Source: Candidatus Omnitrophota bacterium
Lineage (GTDB): Bacteria > Omnitrophota > Gorgyraeia > Zapsychrales > Zapsychraceae
Assembly (NCBI GenBank): GCA_029261055.1
Contig: JAJDCA010000071.1
Location: forward strand, 89,778-153,777
DNA: 64,000 bases
Direction: 5' to 3'
The translations under genes and the position numbers were made by a program. The notes below the pieces were generated by a model, which was not told where the DNA came from, searched no databases, and was given only the letters and a program-made list of their open reading frames with translations. Shown piece by piece: positions 20,182 to 30,134 of the stretch; position 1 is the first letter of the stretch; every line of letters starts with the position of its first letter.

Positions 20182-21492
20182 ATGAACATAGCTATAGTAG
20201 GTTCTGGATATGTAGGGCTAGTCACAGGAGTATGTTTGGCCCATATCGGACATAAAGTTGTTTGTGTTGATGTTGACCGTGAGAAAATAAGAAAACTTCG
20301 TTTAGGTAAGGTTCCTATTTATGAGCCGGGGCTGGAAGAATTATTAAAAAAATATTTAAAAAATAAAAAACTTTCTTTTACTTGGGCGATAAAAGAGGCG
20401 GCTAAGAAATCTGATGCAATTTTTATTGCCGTTGGTACACCTTCGAAAAAGAATGGCGATGCCGATTTAACTTATGTTGAAAATGTTGCGCGGGAAATTG
20501 CTTTGAGTATGGATTCGTATAAACTTATTATTGAAAAATCAACGGTGCCGGCAGAAACAGGTAAGCGTATCGCGCGAACTATCCGGATGAATTTACCCAA
20601 GAATAAAAAATCTATTCCGGATTTTGATGTGGCTTCTAACCCTGAATTTTTACGAGAGGGCTCGGCGATTAAAGATTTTATGAACCCGGACAGAGTGGTT
20701 ATTGGGGTGGAATCTAAAAAAGCTGAACGGATTTTGCGGGAAATTTATAAACCGTTAAAACCACATATGGTTGTTACTAACATTAATTCTGCTGAGTTGA
20801 TTAAACATGCCTCAAATTCTTTTCTGGCAACGAAAATATCTTTTATCAATGCAATTGCGCAAATTTGTGATCATCTCGGAGCTGATGTTCTTAAAGTCGC
20901 TGAAGGAATGGGCTTTGATAAGCGAATTGGTCGGAGTTTTTTAGACGCGGGGATTGGTTACGGAGGCAGCTGTTTCCCGAAAGACGTTGACGCCTTTGTT
21001 CGTTTGAGTGAAAAAAGTGGCTACAATTTTAAACTTTTAAATGAAGTCAGGAGCGTGAACGAAGAACAGAAGGCATTTTTTGTTAGACTTATCGAGGATA
21101 AATTGTGGATCGTAAAAAATAAAGTGATTGGCGTATTAGGTTTGGCGTTTAAACCAAATACGGATGATATGCGTAATGCCCCATCTTTAGATATTATTAA
21201 AATGTTACAGCATGAAGGCGCTAAAATTAAAGCCTATGATCCTGTATCGATGGAAAATGCAAAGAAAATGATGAAGAAAATAACATACAGTAAGGATCCT
21301 TATGCCTTGGCAAAGGGATGTGATTGTTTGTTGCTCTTGACGGAGTGGGATGAATTTAAGCATTTGGATTTTAAAAAACTTGGAAAAGTGATGAGCCAGC
21401 CTATTTTGTTTGATGGGCGTAATATGTATCGTAAACAGGATTTTGAGAAATTAGGTTTTGAATATTATGGAATTGGCAGGGGAATGGTTTAG
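20182..21492 (+). CDS. ugd: UDP-glucose 6-dehydrogenase
   Basis: GSGYVGL, KSTVP, SNPEFLREG, GYGGSCFPKD, GLAFKPNTDD.R. Confidence 0.95.
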   Translation: MNIAIVGSGYVGLVTGVCLAHIGHKVVCVDVDREKIRKLRLGKVPIYEPGLEELLKKYLKNKKLSFTWAIKEAAKKSDAIFIAVGTPSKKNGDADLTYVENVAREIALSMDSYKLIIEKSTVPAETGKRIARTIRMNLPKNKKSIPDFDVASNPEFLREGSAIKDFMNPDRVVIGVESKKAERILREIYKPLKPHMVVTNINSAELIKHASNSFLATKISFINAIAQICDHLGADVLKVAEGMGFDKRIGRSFLDAGIGYGGSCFPKDVDAFVRLSEKSGYNFKLLNEVRSVNEEQKAFFVRLIEDKLWIVKNKVIGVLGLAFKPNTDDMRNAPSLDIIKMLQHEGAKIKAYDPVSMENAKKMMKKITYSKDPYALAKGCDCLLLLTEWDEFKHLDFKKLGKVMSQPILFDGRNMYRKQDFEKLGFEYYGIGRGMV

Positions 21493-21510
21493 GAGTATCA
21501 AAAAATATAA

Positions 21511-21606
21511 AAGAGGTAAGAAGTAAGAAATAAAGAGGCAGAGAAGCAAAAAATAAAAATTTTTTAGTTTTTTCTCTGCAACTTACTTCTTGCATCTTTA
21601 CCTCTT
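21511..21606. repeat. Purine-rich/pyrimidine-rich imperfect inverted repeat built of 7-8-nt units
   Basis: Complementary blocks AAGAGGTAA/TTACCTCTT, AGAAGTAAG/CTTACTTCT and GCAGAGAA/TTCTCTGC. Confidence 0.65.
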
Positions 21607-21642
21607 AGTTCGTTAAAGATTATTAAAAACAAGGAGCAGTCA

Positions 21643-22935
21643 GTGTCTCAAAAACTTAAACAGAAAATCGTAACAAAAAAAGCTAAAATTGCCGTTATCG
21701 GCTTGGGATATGTGGGGCTTCCTTTGGCTGTAAATTTTGCCAAGGCTGGGTTTAAGGTATTTGGTTTAGATAAAGATCAAGACCGTGTTGATCAAATTAA
21801 TGCGAAGAAAAGTTATATTCTCGATATATCTTCACGTGAGTTAGCCAATGTTGTGAATAAGGGGTTCTTTTCTGCGTTGACAGAGTTTGAGATCCTTAAA
21901 GATATGGATGCCATTCTTATTTGTGTACCCACACCGCTTAAGCGTAAATACACACCGGATATTACCTATATCGTTAGTGCCGTCAGGACGATTAGAAAGT
22001 ACATGAAAAAAGATACGTTGATTATCTTGGAAAGTACGACTTATCCAGGGACAACCGAGGAGTTGATTAAGCCTGAGTTGGAAAAGGGGGGTATGAAGGC
22101 GGGTAAAGATTTCTTTCTTTCTTTTTCACCTGAACGTATTGATCCCGGTAATAAAAAATATGATGTTACCCGCATACCTAAAGTGGTAGGTGGTTTTTCT
22201 GAGAAAAGCGGCGAATTAACCAAGGTTCTTTATGAAAAAATTATTAATCAAGTGCATTTGGTGAGTTCCGCCAAAGCCGCCGAAATGACCAAGCTTTTGG
22301 AAAATACGTTCCGCATTATCAACATTGGATGGGTGAATGAGGTAGCGATGATGTGCCACAAAATGGGTATTAATGTCCGTGAAGTTATTGAAGCCGCTAA
22401 AACGAAGCCGTTTGGTTATATGCCGTTTTATCCGGGACTTGGTGTTGGTGGGCATTGTATTCCGGATGATCCTTTGTATCTTTATTGGAAGGCCAAGCAT
22501 GAGGGATTCAGTTCTAAGTTTATTAAGTTGTCGGCAGATATTAATTCGCATATGCCGCAATATGCTTTAGATCATCTTCAGAAGGTTTTAAAGGGGTCGT
22601 TTAAGCGTAAGAAGTTGCTTATTGTTGGTGTGACTTATAAAAAAGATGTCAAGGATTTACGAAAATCACCTCCTTTAAAATTGATTGAGCTTTTGAAAAA
22701 TCAAGGATGTCAGGTGGATTATTATGATCCGATTATTCCCTTTTTGAATATCGGCAAGGTTCATCAAGATTCGATTGAGTTTAACAAGAAAAATCTGTCT
22801 TCTTATGATTGTGCTATTATTGCCGCAGATCACACAGACGTCGATTACACTGCACTTTTAAAACACTCCAAGCGTGTTTATGATGTTCTTGATGTGTATG
22901 CAGGAAATAAAAATAAAAAGATTATTAAGTTTTAA
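21643..22935 (+). CDS. UDP-N-acetylhexosamine dehydrogenase (WbpA/WecC family)
   Basis: GLGYVGLPLA, CVPTP, ESTTYPGTT, SPERIDPG, GVGGHCIP.DP. Confidence 0.92.
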   Translation: MSQKLKQKIVTKKAKIAVIGLGYVGLPLAVNFAKAGFKVFGLDKDQDRVDQINAKKSYILDISSRELANVVNKGFFSALTEFEILKDMDAILICVPTPLKRKYTPDITYIVSAVRTIRKYMKKDTLIILESTTYPGTTEELIKPELEKGGMKAGKDFFLSFSPERIDPGNKKYDVTRIPKVVGGFSEKSGELTKVLYEKIINQVHLVSSAKAAEMTKLLENTFRIINIGWVNEVAMMCHKMGINVREVIEAAKTKPFGYMPFYPGLGVGGHCIPDDPLYLYWKAKHEGFSSKFIKLSADINSHMPQYALDHLQKVLKGSFKRKKLLIVGVTYKKDVKDLRKSPPLKLIELLKNQGCQVDYYDPIIPFLNIGKVHQDSIEFNKKNLSSYDCAIIAADHTDVDYTALLKHSKRVYDVLDVYAGNKNKKIIKF

Positions 22936-22954
22936 TTCTAGGGAAGGGTAAGAA

Positions 22955-23902
22955 ATGGCTAAGCGAAAAAAAATAGTGGTGATTACGGGCGGGGCAGGAT
23001 TTTTAGGAAGTCATCTTTGCGATCGGTTTATTGGTGATGGGTTAAAGGTTTTTTGTGTGGATAATTTGATCACCGGAAGCATGAAAAATATCAAGCATTT
23101 AAAAAATGATAAGAATTTTGAATTTATTAAACATAATATTTCGCAAGAATTGTTTATTAAGGGGCCTATAGATTATGTGATGCATTTTGCCTCACCTGCC
23201 AGTCCGGTAGATTATTTAAAGCATCCAATCCCGACATTAAAGGTGGGTTCTTTAGGGAGTCACAATATGTTAGGGTTAGCCAAGTTGAAAAAGGCGCGAT
23301 ATTTGGTGGCGTCGACTTCGGAAGTTTACGGTGACCCTGAAGTTCATCCGCAAAAAGAAACTTATTGGGGAAACGTGAACCCGGTGGGGCCCCGCGGAGT
23401 TTATGACGAAGCAAAACGTTTTGCTGAAGCGATTACAATGGCGTACCGGACGTATCATAAAGTGGACACAAAGATTTTACGCATTTTTAATACCTACGGT
23501 CCGCGTATGCGGATTAATGATGGCCGTGTGGTGCCAAATTTTATTTATCAAGCTATGCACAATAAGTCTCTCACCATTTATGGTACAGGCAAACAAACGC
23601 GTTCTTTCTGTTATTATTCAGATTTAGTTGAAGGCATTGTGCGTTTGTTGCATTCTAATATTTCGGGTCCGGTTAATATCGGCAACCCGGATGAATTTAC
23701 CATTATGCAATTTGCTAAAATGGTCATCAAAATGTCAGATACCAAGAGCAAAATTATCTACAAATCTCTCCCCGTAGACGACCCAAAGCAGCGCAAGCCA
23801 GATATTACGCTAGCCAAAAAACACCTTAAATGGACCCCAAAAGTCAAGTTGGAACAAGGTCTTCGTGATACCATCGACTGGTTTGAAGAAAATATTTCTT
23901 AG
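22955..23902 (+). CDS. UDP-glucuronate decarboxylase (extended SDR)
   Basis: [40 protein letters not shown]. Confidence 0.93.
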   Translation: MAKRKKIVVITGGAGFLGSHLCDRFIGDGLKVFCVDNLITGSMKNIKHLKNDKNFEFIKHNISQELFIKGPIDYVMHFASPASPVDYLKHPIPTLKVGSLGSHNMLGLAKLKKARYLVASTSEVYGDPEVHPQKETYWGNVNPVGPRGVYDEAKRFAEAITMAYRTYHKVDTKILRIFNTYGPRMRINDGRVVPNFIYQAMHNKSLTIYGTGKQTRSFCYYSDLVEGIVRLLHSNISGPVNIGNPDEFTIMQFAKMVIKMSDTKSKIIYKSLPVDDPKQRKPDITLAKKHLKWTPKVKLEQGLRDTIDWFEENIS

Positions 23903-24208
23903 GATTTTGTTTTAAATCATCCTTTGTGGGAAAATTAAGAAATTACTTTTAGAAAAAGTTGTAACTTGTTGCTATATAACGAATTAAATTTCTGCTGTGC
24001 TCTTGCCGATTGCAAAGAATATGTTATCCTTCCTGTATAAACGTTAAGAAACCGTTTTTATCATTTAAATCCACCAATATTCGCCTGTTTTTCAGCAAGT
24101 GATCCAGCCACGGATTGGTACTTCAACAACATTAAAACTGTAGATTGTAATTTTATTGGCTCAGTACAAGTTACTCATAAATTACACATCTCAAATGGGA
24201 GTATCGCT

Positions 24209-27200
24209 ATGTTTTTTTTAGAAAATAACCGCAAAAATGGTTTGTATCGTGTATTTTCAGTATTTTTAGTATTTGCATTCATATTTACCAGTATTATTCC
24301 TCCTAGTTATGGGCAAAATGCTCCACAAACTATATTAAATTTACCTATTCCAGGGGCATTTGTGTCATCTACCGATGTATTTTATCCGGCGATGGTTAAA
24401 GGTATAACCCTCCACCCTGAAAATCCGTTGCGGTTTGATTTTGTGGTGGATACTGGTGCAACTGGCATGAAACGAGCGGATGTATTAAACGCAGAAATTA
24501 CCAAGCTAGTGAAATATTTTTTGGCTTCGTTGACAGTTCCCGAGAAAGAAATGTGGGTCAACTTGAGTCCCGATGAGCCGGACCGAATTATTGCCGAAGG
24601 GCTTGGTAGAACGGATATGGGGCGGGATATGTTGGGGCAGGATTATATGCTCAAGCAGCTTACCGCAAGTTTGATGCATCCGGAAGAAGATTTAGGTCAA
24701 GAGTTTTGGAATCGTGTTTACGCCCGTGCGCAAGCCGAATACGGAACGACCGATATTCCGATGGATACCTTTCACAAAGTCTGGATTGTACCCGAGAAGG
24801 CCGTCGTGTACGAGCATGAAGAGACGGCCACGACGTATGTGTTAGAGAGTAGGTTGAAGGTTATGTTGGAGGAAGATTATCTCGCCGCGTCCAATAACGT
24901 AGGGGCGAATCCACGTATTCGCCCAAATCAAGGGCGAAAACAGGGTTTCGCCCCTACGACATCCATCATCCGTGAAATCCTCATCCCCGAAATCCAACGC
25001 GAAGTCAACGAAGGATCAACTTTCGCCAATCTCCGCCAGATCTACCATTCAATGATCCTCGCCGCGTGGTACAAACGAAGCCTGAAACAGTCTCTGCTTG
25101 GCCAAGTCTACGTCGACCAAAACAAAACCAAAGGCATCACCACCGAAGACGAACACGTTACGCAAAAAATTTACGATCAATATATTGAATCCTTCAAAAA
25201 AGGCGTTTACGACTACATCAAAGAAGATTACGACCCAACGACAAATCAAATCATCCCCCGCAAATACTTCTCCGGTGGGTTTGCCGCGGATTTCTCGATA
25301 TTGCGCGCATTAAAATCATCAATTACCAGGATAGCCCCCACTCAAATATTTTCAGACGAAGACAACGCCATCCTAAGCGCCCAATTCGATTTAGCAAGTT
25401 TGGGAAAAAAGACTGATCTATCCTTTTTGGACTCAGCCATGAAGACGGAGCGAGAAGCGTTGAAGAAAGCTCTACGGAAAAAAGTTGTGCAGAATTTTAA
25501 AGGGTTACAGGGTAAAGGTCATATTAATATTTTGTGGGTCGAAGATGACGAAGAATTGACTGATGCATATAAAAAAGAGCTAGAAAATGATAAATATAAA
25601 ATAGAGTGGATTAAAAGTGGAGAAGACGCTTGGCAATATGTCCGGAATAATTATGCAGAAATTGACCTTATTATTACGGATTTAGACTTAGATGGAGAAA
25701 TGTCAGGATCAGATTTAATTGATGAGTTAAACAATGAAAAAAATAACGAAGTGTCTATCATTCCTATCCTTATACTAACAGCAGGGCAAGCTGTAGGGGC
25801 CTTAAGGGGGCCTTTAAAAAGAGCTACGAATAATTTTATCGAAATTTTTCGAAAGGTTGGAAGAATTAGCGAATATATAGCAAAAGTCAAAAATTTCATC
25901 GAAAATCCTCCGGATGATTTGTCGATGATGGTTAGGGGGGGTAATAAGGGGGGTGGAATAGATTTTTTTAAGGTGAGCGGAGAGGTAAGAAAAAAAATAT
26001 ATCAATTAAAAAATCAATATGCGGATACGACGGATTATACGATTACACAAGGCACTTTTGGGTATTCAAGAAAAGAGAATAGTAATAAAAGTTTTGTGGC
26101 GATTACCCCTGATGATTCAGGAAATAGTTTGATTTATGTTCAGCAGGAAAGAGGGAGGAAAGTTTTTGTGTTTCAGGGGCGTGTGCCTAGTGAGTCTGGT
26201 CTTTCAGCGTGGGAACCTGAAGGAAGGCAGATACAAAGCGTGAAAGAGGTGGAGATTGCCTTAGAGGATTTTATTCGAGGACGAAAATCTAAATTAGCAG
26301 AGGAAAAACTTAAGACGGAGGCGCGTGAAAAAGAATTGGATGCTCTTGCGAGAGAAGAACGTATACAAGACAAGCAAGACAATCCTCTTGCTTCGGTTGC
26401 AGAGATTTTTACAGAAATGAATCCCACAAAAAAAGAACATAAATATACCGTTATAACGGTAAAAGGAGAAGTTTCTTATGAAGGATTTGTGTATGAAAAA
26501 AAACCTTATCCAGGCGCCGATGAGATGTATTACGGCTTAGTTGCCTACCAGTATTACGATGAGATTTATATCAAGAAGGGATATATTAAAAAAAGATTTT
26601 TTAATGAATTGGGTCCTGAAGCAGATCCTTATTATTCACTTTTTCCGCATGAAAATTTGACGGAAAAAGTATATTGGGCTCTTGATAATATAGATCAACA
26701 AAAGGTTCAGGGCATCATTAAAGAATTTATTGAAGAGCAAGATGTTCTACGTAATCAGCCTGAAAAGGAAATAGAGTTTGTGAAAATTCAGCCTTCAAAT
26801 GAAAAGAGGGAAAAAAAGGTTCGAAATGTTAAAGGTGATGTTCCGAAGAAAAAGATTGTGAATATGAATAAAATTAAAAAGGATCTCGAGGCAGGCCGTA
26901 TCGCAGAGGTATTACAAGATTTTAAGGAGGATGAGTTTTACGCTATAAAAGGTTTTTTTATAGACGAAAAAGACCGAGACGAAAATGCTTCTTCTGTCGG
27001 TAATTCTATTGGTTGGCTATTTGTTTATTTTCTGGAATACCTTCGCAATGAATATGCCGGTTTTGAGTATCCAAAGTATATAAAAATAGGATACAACCTA
27101 AATAAAGTAAGTGGTGATGATGAAAGTAGCTTTATGAGTGAGTTTTATGAGGGGGTTGAAGAGTACTTAGAAAAATATAAGGCTCCTTTACAAAAATCTA

Positions 27201-27634
27201 ATTTTTTAGATAAAAATCCTTTAGGAGATAGGAAAAAGTATGCTCTTGCAGATAATCATCCATATATAAATATTAGAAAGTATTTTCAATTTGTAGACGA
27301 GGCAATGTTAAATATAGACGATAAGAAAAGCCTTGGCGGGATTAACTTGGACGCGGCGATGTTGGATTTGCAGGTGAGACGTGATGGTAACGGAGTGCCG
27401 TTGCCGTTTTCATTGCAGCCGGCGGATTTGGGGATGCGGGTTCAGGGGTTTTATCCGATTCTCAACAGTGTGACGCCAGTCACTTTGCTGCAGCTTGGAT
27501 TGAATAGTCCAGTTGGTGCGCCTCCACCGGAAGATGCTTCCTCTGCGAAAGATGCGTCTACCTTTCTGGATTTAAGCTATTCCTTCACCACCAAAACCCG
27601 CGATCCGTGGGATAGGGTTATATTTTATGTATAA
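24209..27634 (+). CDS. Large secreted modular protein (1141 aa), paralog of 10240..16905; cargo includes a response-regulator receiver domain
   Basis: Signal peptide, shared N-domain ending IIPRKYFSGG, receiver ILWVEDD...DLIITDLDL...PILILTA, shared C-domain GGINLDAAMLDLQVRRDGNGVPLP. Confidence 0.85.
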   Translation: MFFLENNRKNGLYRVFSVFLVFAFIFTSIIPPSYGQNAPQTILNLPIPGAFVSSTDVFYPAMVKGITLHPENPLRFDFVVDTGATGMKRADVLNAEITKLVKYFLASLTVPEKEMWVNLSPDEPDRIIAEGLGRTDMGRDMLGQDYMLKQLTASLMHPEEDLGQEFWNRVYARAQAEYGTTDIPMDTFHKVWIVPEKAVVYEHEETATTYVLESRLKVMLEEDYLAASNNVGANPRIRPNQGRKQGFAPTTSIIREILIPEIQREVNEGSTFANLRQIYHSMILAAWYKRSLKQSLLGQVYVDQNKTKGITTEDEHVTQKIYDQYIESFKKGVYDYIKEDYDPTTNQIIPRKYFSGGFAADFSILRALKSSITRIAPTQIFSDEDNAILSAQFDLASLGKKTDLSFLDSAMKTEREALKKALRKKVVQNFKGLQGKGHINILWVEDDEELTDAYKKELENDKYKIEWIKSGEDAWQYVRNNYAEIDLIITDLDLDGEMSGSDLIDELNNEKNNEVSIIPILILTAGQAVGALRGPLKRATNNFIEIFRKVGRISEYIAKVKNFIENPPDDLSMMVRGGNKGGGIDFFKVSGEVRKKIYQLKNQYADTTDYTITQGTFGYSRKENSNKSFVAITPDDSGNSLIYVQQERGRKVFVFQGRVPSESGLSAWEPEGRQIQSVKEVEIALEDFIRGRKSKLAEEKLKTEAREKELDALAREERIQDKQDNPLASVAEIFTEMNPTKKEHKYTVITVKGEVSYEGFVYEKKPYPGADEMYYGLVAYQYYDEIYIKKGYIKKRFFNELGPEADPYYSLFPHENLTEKVYWALDNIDQQKVQGIIKEFIEEQDVLRNQPEKEIEFVKIQPSNEKREKKVRNVKGDVPKKKIVNMNKIKKDLEAGRIAEVLQDFKEDEFYAIKGFFIDEKDRDENASSVGNSIGWLFVYFLEYLRNEYAGFEYPKYIKIGYNLNKVSGDDESSFMSEFYEGVEEYLEKYKAPLQKSNFLDKNPLGDRKKYALADNHPYINIRKYFQFVDEAMLNIDDKKSLGGINLDAAMLDLQVRRDGNGVPLPFSLQPADLGMRVQGFYPILNSVTPVTLLQLGLNSPVGAPPPEDASSAKDASTFLDLSYSFTTKTRDPWDRVIFYV
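24898..24958. repeat. GTAG-type REP doublet (REPIN-like) in frame within a CDS
   Basis: cGTAGGGGCGAAT-ccacgt-ATTCGCCC, 7-nt spacer, GGGCGAAA-acaggg-TTTCGCCCCTACg; outer 12 bp perfectly inverted. Confidence 0.88.
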
Positions 27635-27650
27635 ATAATGCTCATATTCG

Positions 27651-27685
27651 TACACATTGACAGTGTGTATTTTGTGATGTATTAT
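27651..27685 (+). promoter_or_regulatory. Promoter and palindromic operator of the mazEF-like operon
   Basis: TTGACA(27657)-N17-TATTAT; TACACA-N7-TGTGTA inverted repeat straddles the -35 box. Confidence 0.75.
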
Positions 27686-27706
27686 TGAAGTAGGAGGTGG
27701 GAAGAT

Positions 27707-27934
27707 ATGGTTCGATTAAATATTACTATGCCGGAAGATTTGGATCAGCGGTTAAGGAGGGTCAAAAATAAGAGTCGTTTTATTGCCTTAGCCGTGAGGG
27801 AGAAGTTTCAAAAAGAAGAAAAAGCAAAGTTGCAGGCTTTGATGATTGAAGGGTATAAAGCGATGGCAGCAGAAGATCAGGACATTAATCAAGAATGGGA
27901 AGAAACAATGCTGGAAGATGGGTTGGATTTATGA
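27707..27934 (+). CDS. RHH antitoxin (NdoAI/MazE-like)
   Basis: RLNITMPEDL, NKSRFIALAVRE, LMIEGYKAMA; overlaps the toxin. Confidence 0.85.
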   Translation: MVRLNITMPEDLDQRLRRVKNKSRFIALAVREKFQKEEKAKLQALMIEGYKAMAAEDQDINQEWEETMLEDGLDL

Positions 27935-28278
27935 AAGTTCCCTCCCGTGGTGAAATTTGGTTGGTTAATTTTAATCCAACAATTGGGGCGGAAATAAAGA
28001 AAACACGCCCGGCTGTTATTGCCTCTAATGATTTGAATAATCAGTACGCGCAGACAGTGACCGTTTTACCTATTACAGATAAAGGAAAAAAAGTTTATCC
28101 TTTTGAAGTCTCTTTATCCTCTCAGACAAAAGGTCTTGTTAAAGATTCCAAAATTAAATGCCAACAAATCCGAACGATCGATAAGAGACGATTAGTCAAA
28201 TTTATCGGCGTTGTAAATGAAAAAAGTTTGCAGGATATAGATAAGGCCTTGAGTATTCATTTGGGAATGTTGCGTTAA
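27931..28278 (+). CDS. mazF: MazF/PemK endoribonuclease toxin
   Basis: RGEIWLVNFNPTIGAEIKKTRPAVI, QIRTIDKRRL; ATG at 27931 overlaps the antitoxin stop. Confidence 0.95.
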   Translation: MKVPSRGEIWLVNFNPTIGAEIKKTRPAVIASNDLNNQYAQTVTVLPITDKGKKVYPFEVSLSSQTKGLVKDSKIKCQQIRTIDKRRLVKFIGVVNEKSLQDIDKALSIHLGMLR

Positions 28279-28295
28279 TAGGTTAAGAAATACGC

Positions 28296-28324
28296 TTGAC
28301 AATTCACACCGGACGATATATTTT
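28296..28324 (+). promoter_or_regulatory. Putative gap promoter
   Basis: TTGACA at 28296 with an AT-rich -10 region; AGGAATTACG/CGTAATTTCT inverted repeat just downstream. Confidence 0.55.
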
Positions 28325-28397
28325 ATACCTTCCTTTCAGGCGGTAAATTAAAAAAACCAATCAATTAGGAATTACGCAATAATTAATTTTTACGTAA

Positions 28398-29444
<1,047 letters not shown>

Positions 29445-29461
29445 AATTGTAGGGTGTTGAT

Positions 29462-29496
29462 AAAAAGGGCAGCTCTTTAAAGAGCTGTCCTTTTTT
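29462..29496 (+). terminator. Intrinsic terminator after gap
   Basis: AAAAAGGGCAGCTCT / AGAGCTGTCCTTTTTT hairpin with U-tract. Confidence 0.9.
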
Positions 29497-29512
29497 ATTA
29501 GGAATAATAAAA

Positions 29513-30013
29513 GTGAAAATATATTGGATAGCCGTATTATTTCTTTTTATCTTTATTGCCTGTGGGAGGAGTGAAGGGATGTCTTGGAAATCTGTTGAGA
29601 TAATTATAGAACAAGATTTTCCAGATACATCTTCTGTGAGTACGGCGCAATTAAGCCATATGCTCGACAATCAAGAACCTGTGGTGGTGATTGATGTTCG
29701 CGCTGGCGAAGAGTATCACGTGAGTCACATTCTAGGTGCTGAGCATATTGAATCCGCTCAGGAGGTTGAGAAATTAGTGGTGGGTAAAAATACAAAGATT
29801 GTTTTTTACTGTTCAGTTGGTTATCGTTCGGCGAAAATTACATCTGAATTGAGAAAACAAGGTTTTACCAATGCCTTCAATCTCACCGGTGGTATTTTCG
29901 AGTGGGCCAATCGTGGTTTGGATGTGTATCAGAATGGCGAAAAAGTTGATACGGTGCACCCTTTTAATAAGCATTGGGGTATGCTATTGAATAAAAAATA
30001 TTGGTCTAGGTAA
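29513..30013 (+). CDS. Rhodanese-like lipoprotein
   Basis: Lipobox-like FIAC, IDVR..EY..SHI.GA, YCSVGYRS, NLTGGIFEW. Confidence 0.9.
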   Translation: MKIYWIAVLFLFIFIACGRSEGMSWKSVEIIIEQDFPDTSSVSTAQLSHMLDNQEPVVVIDVRAGEEYHVSHILGAEHIESAQEVEKLVVGKNTKIVFYCSVGYRSAKITSELRKQGFTNAFNLTGGIFEWANRGLDVYQNGEKVDTVHPFNKHWGMLLNKKYWSR

Positions 30014-30032
30014 GAGTGTTCATTTTATTACC

Positions 30033-30130
30033 AATTGCGAGCGCGCGCTCGTAATTTGATTTTCTCCAATCCCAATCCCGAACACGTGTTCGGAATTCAT
30101 ATGTCAGAGATTGCGAACGCAAGTTCCGAA
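30033..30130. repeat. Array of related 24-bp palindromes between convergent genes
   Basis: AATTGCGAGCGC|GCGCTCGTAATT (30033-56), AATCCCGAACAC|GTGTTCGGAATT (30074-97), and a degenerate third unit at ~30109. Confidence 0.75.
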
Positions 30131-30134
30131 GTTT

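Noticed and set aside
24040-24200. Long 5' leader of polyprotein 2 with short hairpins
   Set aside because: Stems are short, there is no recognisable riboswitch consensus, and there is no counterpart before polyprotein 1
10240-27634. Polyproteins as Rhs/CdiA/MARTX toxins, intein hosts or DGR targets
   Set aside because: No YD/RHS, haemagglutinin or RTX repeats, no evident intein termini, no reverse transcriptase or TR/VR pair, and no immunity ORFs
30033-30130. CRISPR array
   Set aside because: Only 2-3 diverged units, spacers of 11-17 nt, and no cas genes or leader
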